64,000 bases of DNA from IMG/VR virus record IMGVR_UViG_3300020419_000859. One strand, 5' to 3'. Positions 55,642 through 64,000 of the stretch are shown in pieces. The translations under genes were made by a program, and so were the position numbers. How positions within the stretch are numbered: position 1 is the first letter of the stretch; each line of letters opens with the position of its first letter. The notes under the pieces were generated by a model. The model was not told the DNA's origin. It did no database searches and saw only the letters and a program-made list of their open reading frames with translations. The DNA is from a virus.

Positions 55642-56643
55642 ATGTCGTCTTATATTGATCTAAAGTTTATCAATCAACTATCGGGTAGGTTGCAACAGTT
55701 TAAACAGAAAACAGACTATCTGTTTAACTTTCGTTGTCCTCATTGTGGTGATTCTAAAAAATCTAAAAGTAAAGCCAGAGCATATTTTTATAGAGTTAAA
55801 AATGATATGTTCTTTAAATGTCACAATTGTGGCCAAGGTCAAAACTTTGCAAACTTTTTAAAGTTTGTAGACCCTAGAGCCTATAAAGAATATTTACTAG
55901 AAAGATATAAAGGGTCAGCACCATCTACACCTAAACCTAATTTTAAATTTGATAAACCAATATTTAAAACTAACCCTTTGACTAAATTAAAAACAATTAA
56001 AGAGTTAGAAGATGACCATATTGCAAAACAATATTGTGTAAGTAGAAAAATACCTGAAGAATTTTTTGACAAATTATATTTTACGGATAAATTTGAACAA
56101 CTAGTAAATGAAATTAAACCTAATACATATAAAACTCAAAATGATCATAGTAGATTAGTGATACCTTTTTACGATACAACTGGAGAGTTATTTGCTTTTC
56201 AAGGTCGTGCCCTAGGTAAAGAAATTCCTAAATACTTAACAATCAAACTAAACGAAAATAAACAAAAAGTTTTTGGTTTAGAAAGAGTAAATTTTCAAAA
56301 TGATTTATATATAGTAGAGGGTCCTATAGACGCTATGTTTATTGGCAATTGTATCGCAGCTGCTGGTGCAGATTTACAGTTAAAAAATAAAATGTCTAAT
56401 GATAAAATTACCTATATATTTGACAACGAGCCAAGAAACAAAGAAATCATAAACAGAATGTATAAAGTAGTTGAGAATGATTATAATATTGTTATATGGC
56501 CAGACGATATACTACACAAAGATATTAACGATATGATACTTGGTGGCTTGACAAAATCGCAAATACAAAATATAATAGAAGAAAATACATATTCAAAGTT
56601 AAGTGCTTTGACTAAACTAAACCACTGGAAAAAAATACGATGA
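55642..56643 (+). CDS. gp61: DNA primase gp61
   Basis: FRCPHCGDS...CHNCG zinc finger, FQGR, VEGPID, FDNEPRN, KDIND. Confidence 0.96.
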   Translation: MSSYIDLKFINQLSGRLQQFKQKTDYLFNFRCPHCGDSKKSKSKARAYFYRVKNDMFFKCHNCGQGQNFANFLKFVDPRAYKEYLLERYKGSAPSTPKPNFKFDKPIFKTNPLTKLKTIKELEDDHIAKQYCVSRKIPEEFFDKLYFTDKFEQLVNEIKPNTYKTQNDHSRLVIPFYDTTGELFAFQGRALGKEIPKYLTIKLNENKQKVFGLERVNFQNDLYIVEGPIDAMFIGNCIAAAGADLQLKNKMSNDKITYIFDNEPRNKEIINRMYKVVENDYNIVIWPDDILHKDINDMILGGLTKSQIQNIIEENTYSKLSALTKLNHWKKIR

Positions 56644-58949
56644 CAGATACCGGAAATATTAAAGTAGTAAAAAGAGGACAAAGAGGATTAGAACCACTTA
56701 ACATTGAAAAGATACATGAAATGGTAGAATTTGCCTGTGAAGATATAAAAGGCGTATCAGCTTCACAAGTAGAAATGAGCTCGGGTCTCCAGTTTTACGA
56801 TGGTATTTCTACAAACGATATTCAACAAATTTTAATTAAGTCAGCTTCAGATTTAATCTCACTAGAAGCACCAAACTATCAATACGTAGCTGCTAGACTA
56901 TTACTATTCAGTTTAAGAAAACAAGTTATAGGTAGACTATGGGATCATCCACATATTTTTGATCACGTAGAGAAATGTGTTAAACTAGGAGTATATGATT
57001 CTGAAATACTAAAGACATATGATAAAAAAGATTTCAGTAGAATGCAAAACTGGATTACACATGAAAGAGATAATAACTTTACGTATGCTGGTTTAAGACA
57101 AGTCATTGACAAATATCTAGTACAAGATAGATCAAGTGGTGAAATTTATGAAACACCTCAATTCATGTACATGATGATAGCAGCCACATTATTTGCCAAG
57201 TATCCAAAAAACAAAAGGATGAGTTATGTTAAAAAATACTATGACGCAATATCCAATTTTAAAATTAATATTCCAACTCCTGTTATGGCTGGCGTTAGGA
57301 CTCCTATTAAGCAGTACGCTAGTTGTGTACTTGTTGATACAGACGACACTTTACCTAGTATCTTCTCTAGTGATATGGCTGTTGGAAACTATGTTGCTCA
57401 AAGAGCAGGTATCGGTATCAACGCAGGTAGAATTAGAGGAATTAACAGCAGAATTAGAGGAGGAGAAGTCCAACACACAGGTGTTATACCTTTCCTTAAA
57501 AAGTTTGAAGCAACTGTCAAGTGTTGCACTCAAAACGGTGTTAGAGGAGGTTCAGCAACTGTACACTTCCCTATTTGGCACCAAGAGATAGAAGATATTA
57601 TTGTTTTAAAAAACAATAAAGGTACCGAGGATAACAGAGTTAGAAAATTAGATTACTCTATACAATTATCTAAACTATTTTATGAAAGATTTATTAATGA
57701 AGAAGAAATAACATTGTTCTCTCCTCACGAAGTACCTGAATTATATGAAGCTTGGGGAACACCAGAATTTGACGAACTATATTTACGAGCAGAAAGAAAA
57801 AAAAGTGTTAATAAAAAGAAGATAGACGCACAAGAATTGTTTTTTGATATATTAAAAGAAAGAGCAGAAACAGGTCGTATTTACATAATGAATATTGATC
57901 ATTGTAATACACACTCTAGTTTTAAAGACACGGTAACCATGAGTAACCTATGTCAAGAAATCACTCTCCCTACCACTCCTATACAACATATAGACGGTCC
58001 AGGTGAGATTGCATTGTGTATTCTATCAGCAATCAACGTAGGTAAAATCAACTACCTAGAAGAACTGGAAGAACTATGCGAATTAGCAGTAAGAGCTTTA
58101 GAAGAAATCATAGATCATCAACAGTATCCTGTTAAGGCAGCTGAAATATCTACAAAAGCAAGACGTAGTTTAGGTGTAGGTTATATTGGCCTTGCACACT
58201 ATCTAGCAAAAGCAGGTTTTAAATACGACCACAAACAAGCATGGAAAGAAGTAGATAAACTAACAGAAGCTTTCCAATATTATCTATTGAAAGCAAGTAA
58301 TATACTTGCACAAGAAAAAGGTCAGTGTGATTTATTTCATAGAACTAAATACGCAGACGGAATATTACCAATAGATACTTACAAAAAAGAAGTTGACGAA
58401 ATTGTCACACGTAAGTTATCTATGAAATGGGAAGAATTACGAGCAAGTATTAAAGAATTTGGGCTACGACATAGTACTCTATCAGCCCAAATGCCTTCCG
58501 AGTCTTCTAGTGTGGTATCAAATGCTACAAACGGCATTGAACCACCTAGAGACCACTTATCAGTTAAGAAAAGTAAAAAAGGCACATTGAAACAAATAGT
58601 ACCTGAATTTAATAAACTTAAAAATTATTATACTTTATTATGGGATATGCCTTCAAATGAGGGATATATAAATATAGTTGCAGTAATGCAAAAGTATTTT
58701 GATCAAGCTATATCAGGTAACTGGTCATATAATCCAGGAAATTACGAAGACAATCAAGTACCTGTGTCAGTAATGGCACAAGACTTACTAACAACTTATA
58801 AATTAGGTTGGAAGACATCTTATTACCAAAATACTTACGATGGTAAAGAAGACATTGAAGAGCCTAAACACTCTATAGATTATGATACACCTATCTCTCC
58901 TGAAGAACCTTTAGAAGACCAGGAAAATTGTGATAGTTGTACAATATAA
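56640..58949 (+). CDS. nrdA: Ribonucleotide reductase class Ia alpha subunit
   Basis: ATP cone, PTPVMAG, ASCVL, SNLCQEI, KTSYY, C-terminal CDSC. Confidence 0.98.
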   Translation: MTDTGNIKVVKRGQRGLEPLNIEKIHEMVEFACEDIKGVSASQVEMSSGLQFYDGISTNDIQQILIKSASDLISLEAPNYQYVAARLLLFSLRKQVIGRLWDHPHIFDHVEKCVKLGVYDSEILKTYDKKDFSRMQNWITHERDNNFTYAGLRQVIDKYLVQDRSSGEIYETPQFMYMMIAATLFAKYPKNKRMSYVKKYYDAISNFKINIPTPVMAGVRTPIKQYASCVLVDTDDTLPSIFSSDMAVGNYVAQRAGIGINAGRIRGINSRIRGGEVQHTGVIPFLKKFEATVKCCTQNGVRGGSATVHFPIWHQEIEDIIVLKNNKGTEDNRVRKLDYSIQLSKLFYERFINEEEITLFSPHEVPELYEAWGTPEFDELYLRAERKKSVNKKKIDAQELFFDILKERAETGRIYIMNIDHCNTHSSFKDTVTMSNLCQEITLPTTPIQHIDGPGEIALCILSAINVGKINYLEELEELCELAVRALEEIIDHQQYPVKAAEISTKARRSLGVGYIGLAHYLAKAGFKYDHKQAWKEVDKLTEAFQYYLLKASNILAQEKGQCDLFHRTKYADGILPIDTYKKEVDEIVTRKLSMKWEELRASIKEFGLRHSTLSAQMPSESSSVVSNATNGIEPPRDHLSVKKSKKGTLKQIVPEFNKLKNYYTLLWDMPSNEGYINIVAVMQKYFDQAISGNWSYNPGNYEDNQVPVSVMAQDLLTTYKLGWKTSYYQNTYDGKEDIEEPKHSIDYDTPISPEEPLEDQENCDSCTI

Positions 58950-58966
58950 AAAGATAAATAACGAAA

Positions 58967-60070
58967 ATGAGCAAAACAGTATTTAACAAAGAAAAAGGAA
59001 TAGACCCTACTAAACAGTTAATGTTTTTAGGTCCTGATTTATCAGTACAAAGATATGATAATATGAAGTATCCTATTTTTGACAAACTGACACAACAGCA
59101 ATTAGGTTTCTTTTGGAGACCTGAAGAAATTTCTTTACAGAAAGATAGAAACGATTACTATGATCTATCTGAAGGCCAAAAGTTTATCTTTACATCTAAT
59201 TTAAAATATCAAACAATGTTAGATAGTGTACAAGGTAGAGGACCTTTACTATCATTTTTACCATTAGTATCATTACCAGAATTAGAAGGCGCTATTGTTG
59301 CATGGGATTTTATGGAAACAATACACAGCCGATCATATACTTACATCATCAAAAACTTATATTCAGACCCAGCAGATGTATTTGATATGATTTTAGAGGA
59401 CAAGAAGATAGAAGAACGAGCAGCTCATGTCACAGCAACTTATGATGATTTAATTGAAATGGGTCACAAATGGCACTTAACACCAAACAAAGTTGATATG
59501 TATGAACTAAAGAAAAAATTATATCTAGCTATGGTATCAGTAAACATACTAGAGGGTTTAAGATTTTATGTTTCTTTTGCATGTTCATTTGCTTTTGGTG
59601 AATTGAAAAAGTTAGAAGGCTCTGCTAAGATTATATCTTTCATAGCAAGAGACGAAAGCCAGCACTTGGCAATGTCACAAAGAATTATTAATAACTGGAG
59701 AGATTACGAGAACGATAAAGAAATGTTAAAAGTTATTAAAGATTGTGAGAAAGAAGTTTATAAAATGTATGATGACGCCGTTAACGATGAGAAACGTTGG
59801 GCAACATACTTATTTTCAAAAGGTAGTATGATAGGTTTATCAGAAAAACTATTACATCAATTTGTAGAATACATGGCGAATAGACGTATGAAAGCCATCG
59901 GGTTAGCACCTGCTTATGATCAAAAAACAAATCCATTACCATGGGTTGAACACTGGTTAAATAGTAGATCAGCTCAAAATGCTCCACAAGAAACTGAAAT
60001 AGAATCTTATGTAGTTGGTGGTATAAAACAAGACGTTAAAAAAGGTTCATTTAAAAAATTCAAACTGTAA
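58967..60070 (+). CDS. nrdB: Ribonucleotide reductase class Ia beta subunit
   Basis: FFWRPEE, LDSVQGR, ETIHSRSY (radical Tyr), LEGLRF, RDESQH. Confidence 0.98.
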   Translation: MSKTVFNKEKGIDPTKQLMFLGPDLSVQRYDNMKYPIFDKLTQQQLGFFWRPEEISLQKDRNDYYDLSEGQKFIFTSNLKYQTMLDSVQGRGPLLSFLPLVSLPELEGAIVAWDFMETIHSRSYTYIIKNLYSDPADVFDMILEDKKIEERAAHVTATYDDLIEMGHKWHLTPNKVDMYELKKKLYLAMVSVNILEGLRFYVSFACSFAFGELKKLEGSAKIISFIARDESQHLAMSQRIINNWRDYENDKEMLKVIKDCEKEVYKMYDDAVNDEKRWATYLFSKGSMIGLSEKLLHQFVEYMANRRMKAIGLAPAYDQKTNPLPWVEHWLNSRSAQNAPQETEIESYVVGGIKQDVKKGSFKKFKL

Positions 60071-60243
60071 TGGAAAAAATACAAAAGTACTGCTCTAATT
60101 GTCAGACTAAATATACTGTAGAATGGGACGAGGATAAATCAGATTTAGATCCTCTTACATGTCCTTTCTGTGGATATGAAGTTGAAGGAGAAGAAGATGG
60201 ACCAGACATACCTGACGAAGCAGATCACGAAAGTTGGCATTGA
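60070..60243 (+). CDS. Small zinc-ribbon protein, 57 aa (below the ORF-track cut-off)
   Basis: CSNC...CPFCG with an acidic tail; TAATG coupling to nrdB. Confidence 0.75.
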   Translation: MEKIQKYCSNCQTKYTVEWDEDKSDLDPLTCPFCGYEVEGEEDGPDIPDEADHESWH

Positions 60244-60772
60244 TTATAGTTTAACAAGTCCAGCCGTTTGTATAAACGATGGCAAATTAAAATTTTATTA
60301 CTTAACTACAAAAAAGAAATGGTTAGGTAAACAAAGTGATAATATAATTGGTTATGAACATAAAGAATGGACAGACCCTATTGAAAGGTTTAAAAACATA
60401 AGTGACTTTGTATTTAATATTCTCTACACAAATCCACTCTTTGAGCAACCTGTTTATGACATCTATATTGAGGGCTACTCGTTTGGTTCTAAAGGTCAAG
60501 GTCTTTTTCAAATTGCTGAGAATTGTGGGATACTCAAATTTAGGTTTCTTCAAAAAAATATTAATTACAATATCGTTGTACCGAGCGTTGTTAAGAAAGG
60601 CGCAACGGGAAAGGGTAACGCAGACAAAGACATGATGTACGAGGCCTTTCTAAAAGAAACGAAGATTGATTTAAAAAAAATATTAGATACAGATAAGGTT
60701 GGTAATCCATTATCTGATATAGTTGATAGTTATTTTATACAAAAGGTTGGATATGAAAATCAAAGTCGTTAG
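60197..60772 (+). CDS. RuvC-like (RNase H fold) nuclease/resolvase
   Basis: VGIDYSLTSP, IEGYSF, VKKGATGKGNADK, DIVDS. Confidence 0.8.
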   Translation: MDQTYLTKQITKVGIDYSLTSPAVCINDGKLKFYYLTTKKKWLGKQSDNIIGYEHKEWTDPIERFKNISDFVFNILYTNPLFEQPVYDIYIEGYSFGSKGQGLFQIAENCGILKFRFLQKNINYNIVVPSVVKKGATGKGNADKDMMYEAFLKETKIDLKKILDTDKVGNPLSDIVDSYFIQKVGYENQSR

Positions 60773-61427
60773 TACATGGAACAATAATCTATTTAAAAAA
60801 TACGCACATAGATTTCAAAAGACATATAATTGGCCATTTGAATTAGAGATATACAATGAAGACGATGATATGTTTGATAGAATACCTGAACTCAAAAAGT
60901 TTATTACTAGAAATCATGTAGACATACCAAGAGGCTTTTTATATGACGCCTGCCGATTTGCATACAAAGTTTATGCATACACACAATCAATATTAGAAAC
61001 AAAAGATTATGATGGTCTTATGTTCATAGACGCCGATACCGTATTCTATAAAAAGATAGATGAGAAATGGGTCAAAAAATATTTACATAGAGAAGACAAG
61101 ATGATAACTCATTTACATAGACCAACATATACAGAGTGTGGTTTTATATACTTCAACATGAGACATAGTTTTATAAAACAATTCGCAGCTGAAATGAGAA
61201 AAATGTATGATGAAGATTTATTATTCAAAGAAGATCAACAACATGATTCATTTATATTTGATATAGTAAGAAATAAAATGGAAAGAGAATATGATATTGA
61301 AAACTATGACATTGGCGATGGTAGATTAGGTCATGTACAAGCTAGATCAATATTAGGTAAAGTAATGGATCATACAAAAGGGGATAGAAAAATAAAAGGT
61401 AGAAGTAAAGAGAACATACAAATATGA
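60753..61427 (+). CDS. GT-A fold glycosyltransferase-like protein
   Basis: RFAYKVYA, FIDADT (DxD), ECGFIYFN, HDSFIFD, HTKG. Confidence 0.75.
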   Translation: MKIKVVSTWNNNLFKKYAHRFQKTYNWPFELEIYNEDDDMFDRIPELKKFITRNHVDIPRGFLYDACRFAYKVYAYTQSILETKDYDGLMFIDADTVFYKKIDEKWVKKYLHREDKMITHLHRPTYTECGFIYFNMRHSFIKQFAAEMRKMYDEDLLFKEDQQHDSFIFDIVRNKMEREYDIENYDIGDGRLGHVQARSILGKVMDHTKGDRKIKGRSKENIQI

Positions 61428-62092
61428 TAAATGTTTTTATAGGTTACGATTATGGCGAACCAGCAGCTTATCATGTACTTGCTGAAAGTATTAGATCACA
61501 CGCAAGTGGTCCTGTTGCAATAACACCATTAGCATTAAATAACTTACCACAATTTAAAAGATCAAAAGAAACCAATCAATCTACAGACTTTGCATTTTCA
61601 AGATTTTTAGTACCATACTTATCAAACTATAAAGGTTGGTCAATCTATATGGATTGTGATATGTTTGTTAGAGACGATATATACAATTTATATAATCATG
61701 CTAGTTTTAAATATTCTGTTATGTGTTGTAAACATGATTATGTACCAAAACAAGATGTAAAATTTAGAGGTGCAAAAAACCAGGCCTTTCCTAAAAAGAA
61801 CTGGTCTAGTGTAATGTTATTTCACAATTCACAATGTACAGCACTAACACCTGAATATGTTAACAAGGCTAGTGGTTTAGAACTACATCAATTCAAATGG
61901 CTAGAAAGAGAACATATGATAGGCGATTTACCACTAGAGTGGAACTGGTTGGTAGGCGAGTATGAATATTATGAGTATGCTAAGAACGTACACTTTACAT
62001 TAGGTGGACCTTGGTATAAAGATTACGAAAATCAAGACTATGCAGATGAATGGCTTGAAATGCATAAACAAACAACACAGGTAGGTTTATGA
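61424..62092 (+). CDS. Glycosyltransferase (GT8-like)
   Basis: FIGYD, STDFAFSRF, YMDCDM, KNWSSVMLF, WNWLVG, HFTLGGP. Confidence 0.85.
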   Translation: MINVFIGYDYGEPAAYHVLAESIRSHASGPVAITPLALNNLPQFKRSKETNQSTDFAFSRFLVPYLSNYKGWSIYMDCDMFVRDDIYNLYNHASFKYSVMCCKHDYVPKQDVKFRGAKNQAFPKKNWSSVMLFHNSQCTALTPEYVNKASGLELHQFKWLEREHMIGDLPLEWNWLVGEYEYYEYAKNVHFTLGGPWYKDYENQDYADEWLEMHKQTTQVGL

Positions 62093-63003
62093 TTATTGGT
62101 ATATCAGGTGCGTTTAACACAAAGGCTGGTTTTGTTTTCCCTACACACGAAGACTTTAAACTAATATCATGGAAAGATAGAAATCAATATATCAAAACTG
62201 CTAGAGCCTATATTCAATCAAACATATTAGGTAGAATGAAGATAATATATGCTGATATGTATAGACATATATTAGAACAAAAGAAACCTACACTAGTTGT
62301 AGAACAAGCTACATTTAGACAGAATTTAGATATAGATAAGGAAGATTATTACTATAGAGTAGGTAGAGGTTGTTATACTTACGACAATGGTTTTTTTAAT
62401 AATAAAAACTGTAAATCTGATAGGTGGGAACAGATACAGAGAGAACAAAATATAGAAATAAAACCATGGAAGAAAAATGGTGATTACATTTTATTACTAT
62501 TACAAAATCCTATGGACACCAGTTTAAATAATCTAGTAAGTAAAACTAGTGACTATACTGATTGGGTAAAGAATACTATATTAAAAATTTCAGAGTATAC
62601 TGCTGAAGATATTATGGTCAGATTACACCCTAGATTTCCTTTGAGATTTAATTTAAGAGAATTATTAAAATTAAAAGTAAGAAACAATATTATCTTTAGT
62701 AAAAATGTTGGCACAGGATTTAATAAGTCATCTAGTACAGATTTATATAAAGATTTAGATCATGCTAGAGTTGCAATATCATATTCTAGTAATGCATTGA
62801 TAGAAACAGTTTGTGAGGGTATACCTACTATTGCATTATCTAAAACTTCACATGCTTGGCCAGTTGCCTTTCATAATTTAGATGTATTAAAAGAAAGTGT
62901 AATGCCAGAAAAAAGTAGAACACAATGGTTGTACGATACAGCCTATACACAATGGAAAATGTCAGAGATAAACTCTGGAAAGGTACACAAAAGGTTATTA
63001 TGA
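62089..63003 (+). CDS. Capsule-polysaccharide/GT-B-like protein
   Basis: ILLLLQ...D, VRLHP, SYSSNALIETVCEGIP, QW. Confidence 0.6.
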   Translation: MIIGISGAFNTKAGFVFPTHEDFKLISWKDRNQYIKTARAYIQSNILGRMKIIYADMYRHILEQKKPTLVVEQATFRQNLDIDKEDYYYRVGRGCYTYDNGFFNNKNCKSDRWEQIQREQNIEIKPWKKNGDYILLLLQNPMDTSLNNLVSKTSDYTDWVKNTILKISEYTAEDIMVRLHPRFPLRFNLRELLKLKVRNNIIFSKNVGTGFNKSSSTDLYKDLDHARVAISYSSNALIETVCEGIPTIALSKTSHAWPVAFHNLDVLKESVMPEKSRTQWLYDTAYTQWKMSEINSGKVHKRLL

Positions 63004-63830
63004 TTTATTGCCACGCTATGCAAAAAGTGGATTGTTTATCTCACCAGATTTGGCCTGCTATTGAGAAAGGTTTTCCTAAAGATGATAAAGACAAACACTT
63101 TTTTTGGGGACTAGCCGAACAAAACATAAACAAGATTACACAATTAGAGGCAGACAAAACAGATTGGTACTATGTAGATGTAGGTTATCTTACTGAACAA
63201 ATTACCAGATATCCTGAACCTAAAATACATGACTTTGATAAAACATATTTTAGAATTGTAAAAGGTAATATACACACATTAAGAGGTAGTATACAAGGTG
63301 GAGAAGAAAGATTAAAACAACTAGATAAAAAGGGTATAAAATGTACCTTTGATGGTTGGAACATGGGAGAAGGAGATCACATACTAATTTGTCCTTCAAG
63401 TGAGACAGTGACACGTAGACATAATAATATATCACAAGGTAGGTGGGTTGCTAGTGTTATGAATAAACTTACAAAGTTAACAAATAGAGACATACGAGTT
63501 AGAAATAAACCTAGACCAGGAAATGAGTGGTGGGGAAAAGATATAACCGAAGATTTAGATGGTGCTCATTGTTTAATTACTAATATGAGTTTATCAGCCG
63601 TTGACTCTGTGCTATCAGGTATACCAATTATAACAGATACAAGAAACGTTGCATGGCCAGTATCATCAAGATATATAGAATTTGTAAATGACCCTTTAAA
63701 ACCTACACGTCATAAGGTAACACAATGGTTGGAACTATTAGCAAACAATCAGTTTAATCTTACAGAGATAGAAAATGGTACAGCATGGGAAGTATTAAGT
63801 AAACAATCGGATAAATTATTTACAGTATGA
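63000..63830 (+). CDS. Capsule-polysaccharide/GT-B-like protein, related to the upstream gene
   Basis: YVDVGY, ILICPS, VRNKP, TNMSLSAVDSVLSGIP, NQF. Confidence 0.6.
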   Translation: MIYCHAMQKVDCLSHQIWPAIEKGFPKDDKDKHFFWGLAEQNINKITQLEADKTDWYYVDVGYLTEQITRYPEPKIHDFDKTYFRIVKGNIHTLRGSIQGGEERLKQLDKKGIKCTFDGWNMGEGDHILICPSSETVTRRHNNISQGRWVASVMNKLTKLTNRDIRVRNKPRPGNEWWGKDITEDLDGAHCLITNMSLSAVDSVLSGIPIITDTRNVAWPVSSRYIEFVNDPLKPTRHKVTQWLELLANNQFNLTEIENGTAWEVLSKQSDKLFTV

Positions 63831-64000
63831 AAAAAATATTATTAGTTAGTGGTTGTAGTTTTACCGATCCACATTGGCATAGTGATATACATCCCGATAT
63901 GATTTGTGATTGGCCTAAATGGCCTCAAATAGTCGCTGATGAATTAAATATGGAGTGTGTTAATCTAGGAGTAAGTGGATCAGGTAATGAAAGAATTTAT
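63827..64000 (+). CDS. SGNH/GDSL-like protein, 3' truncated by the window
   Basis: LLVSGCSFT...WPQIVA...NLGVSGSGNERI. Confidence 0.6.
   Translation, partial: MKKILLVSGCSFTDPHWHSDIHPDMICDWPKWPQIVADELNMECVNLGVSGSGNERIY

Noticed and set aside
57226-57591. 121-aa + strand ORF inside nrdA (possible intron-encoded or overprinted gene)
   Set aside because: nrdA is intact and of normal length; the alternative-frame ORF has no motif and is Leu-rich, as expected of a shifted frame.
60402-60635. 77-aa + strand ORF inside the RuvC-like gene
   Set aside because: Alternative frame of a well-supported gene, with no SD or motif.
919-63435. All minus-strand ORFs in the track
   Set aside because: Each lies antisense to a well-supported + strand gene and has the F/L/S/I-rich shadow composition; none has a recognisable motif.
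1-64000. CRISPR arrays, integrase, IS elements, and introns or inteins in gp43, nrdA, nrdB or gp41
   Set aside because: No regularly spaced direct repeats or transposase/integrase motifs were seen, and the core genes have normal lengths with contiguous motifs.
1-64000. Stop-codon reassignment or alternative genetic code
   Set aside because: Core genes translate full-length in the standard code, all three stop codons end genes, and no suppressor tRNA is present.

Overview
AT-rich, almost entirely + strand segment of a T4-like myovirus genome. Gene content (bS21, Hsp20, peptide deformylase, CobS/vWA pair, CsgF/CsgG, adrenodoxin-type ferredoxin, SufE) fits a marine pelagimyophage (HTVC008M-like), probably with a SAR11/alphaproteobacterial host; the host is inferred. 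The window runs from the 3' end of gp23 through gp3-uvsY-uvsW, gp55-47-46, gp45-44-62-regA, gp43, uvsX-gp40-gp41, a long late-promoter accessory block, a spanin pair, a curli-type operon, gp61, nrdAB, a RuvC-like gene and the start of a glycosyltransferase island. Three tRNAs are present (Gly-GCC, an atypical Gly-TCC, Thr-TGT). Main leads: (1) about nine proteins, several of them enzymes, begin with a T4 internal-protein capsid-targeting-like peptide (MKTFKEY-type), suggesting a virion-packaged, injected enzyme kit plus a gp21-cleaved polyprotein; (2) a contiguous csgF-csgG-curlin-FecR-curlin-CHASE2/adenylate cyclase operon that reads as a phage-encoded trans-envelope cAMP signalling system; (3) a ~210-nt pseudoknotted non-coding element after rpsU and a ROSE-type thermometer with an RpoH-like promoter on hsp20; (4) a candidate DNA-modification cassette between gp43 and uvsX. 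All family calls come from motif recognition by eye; no database search was run.
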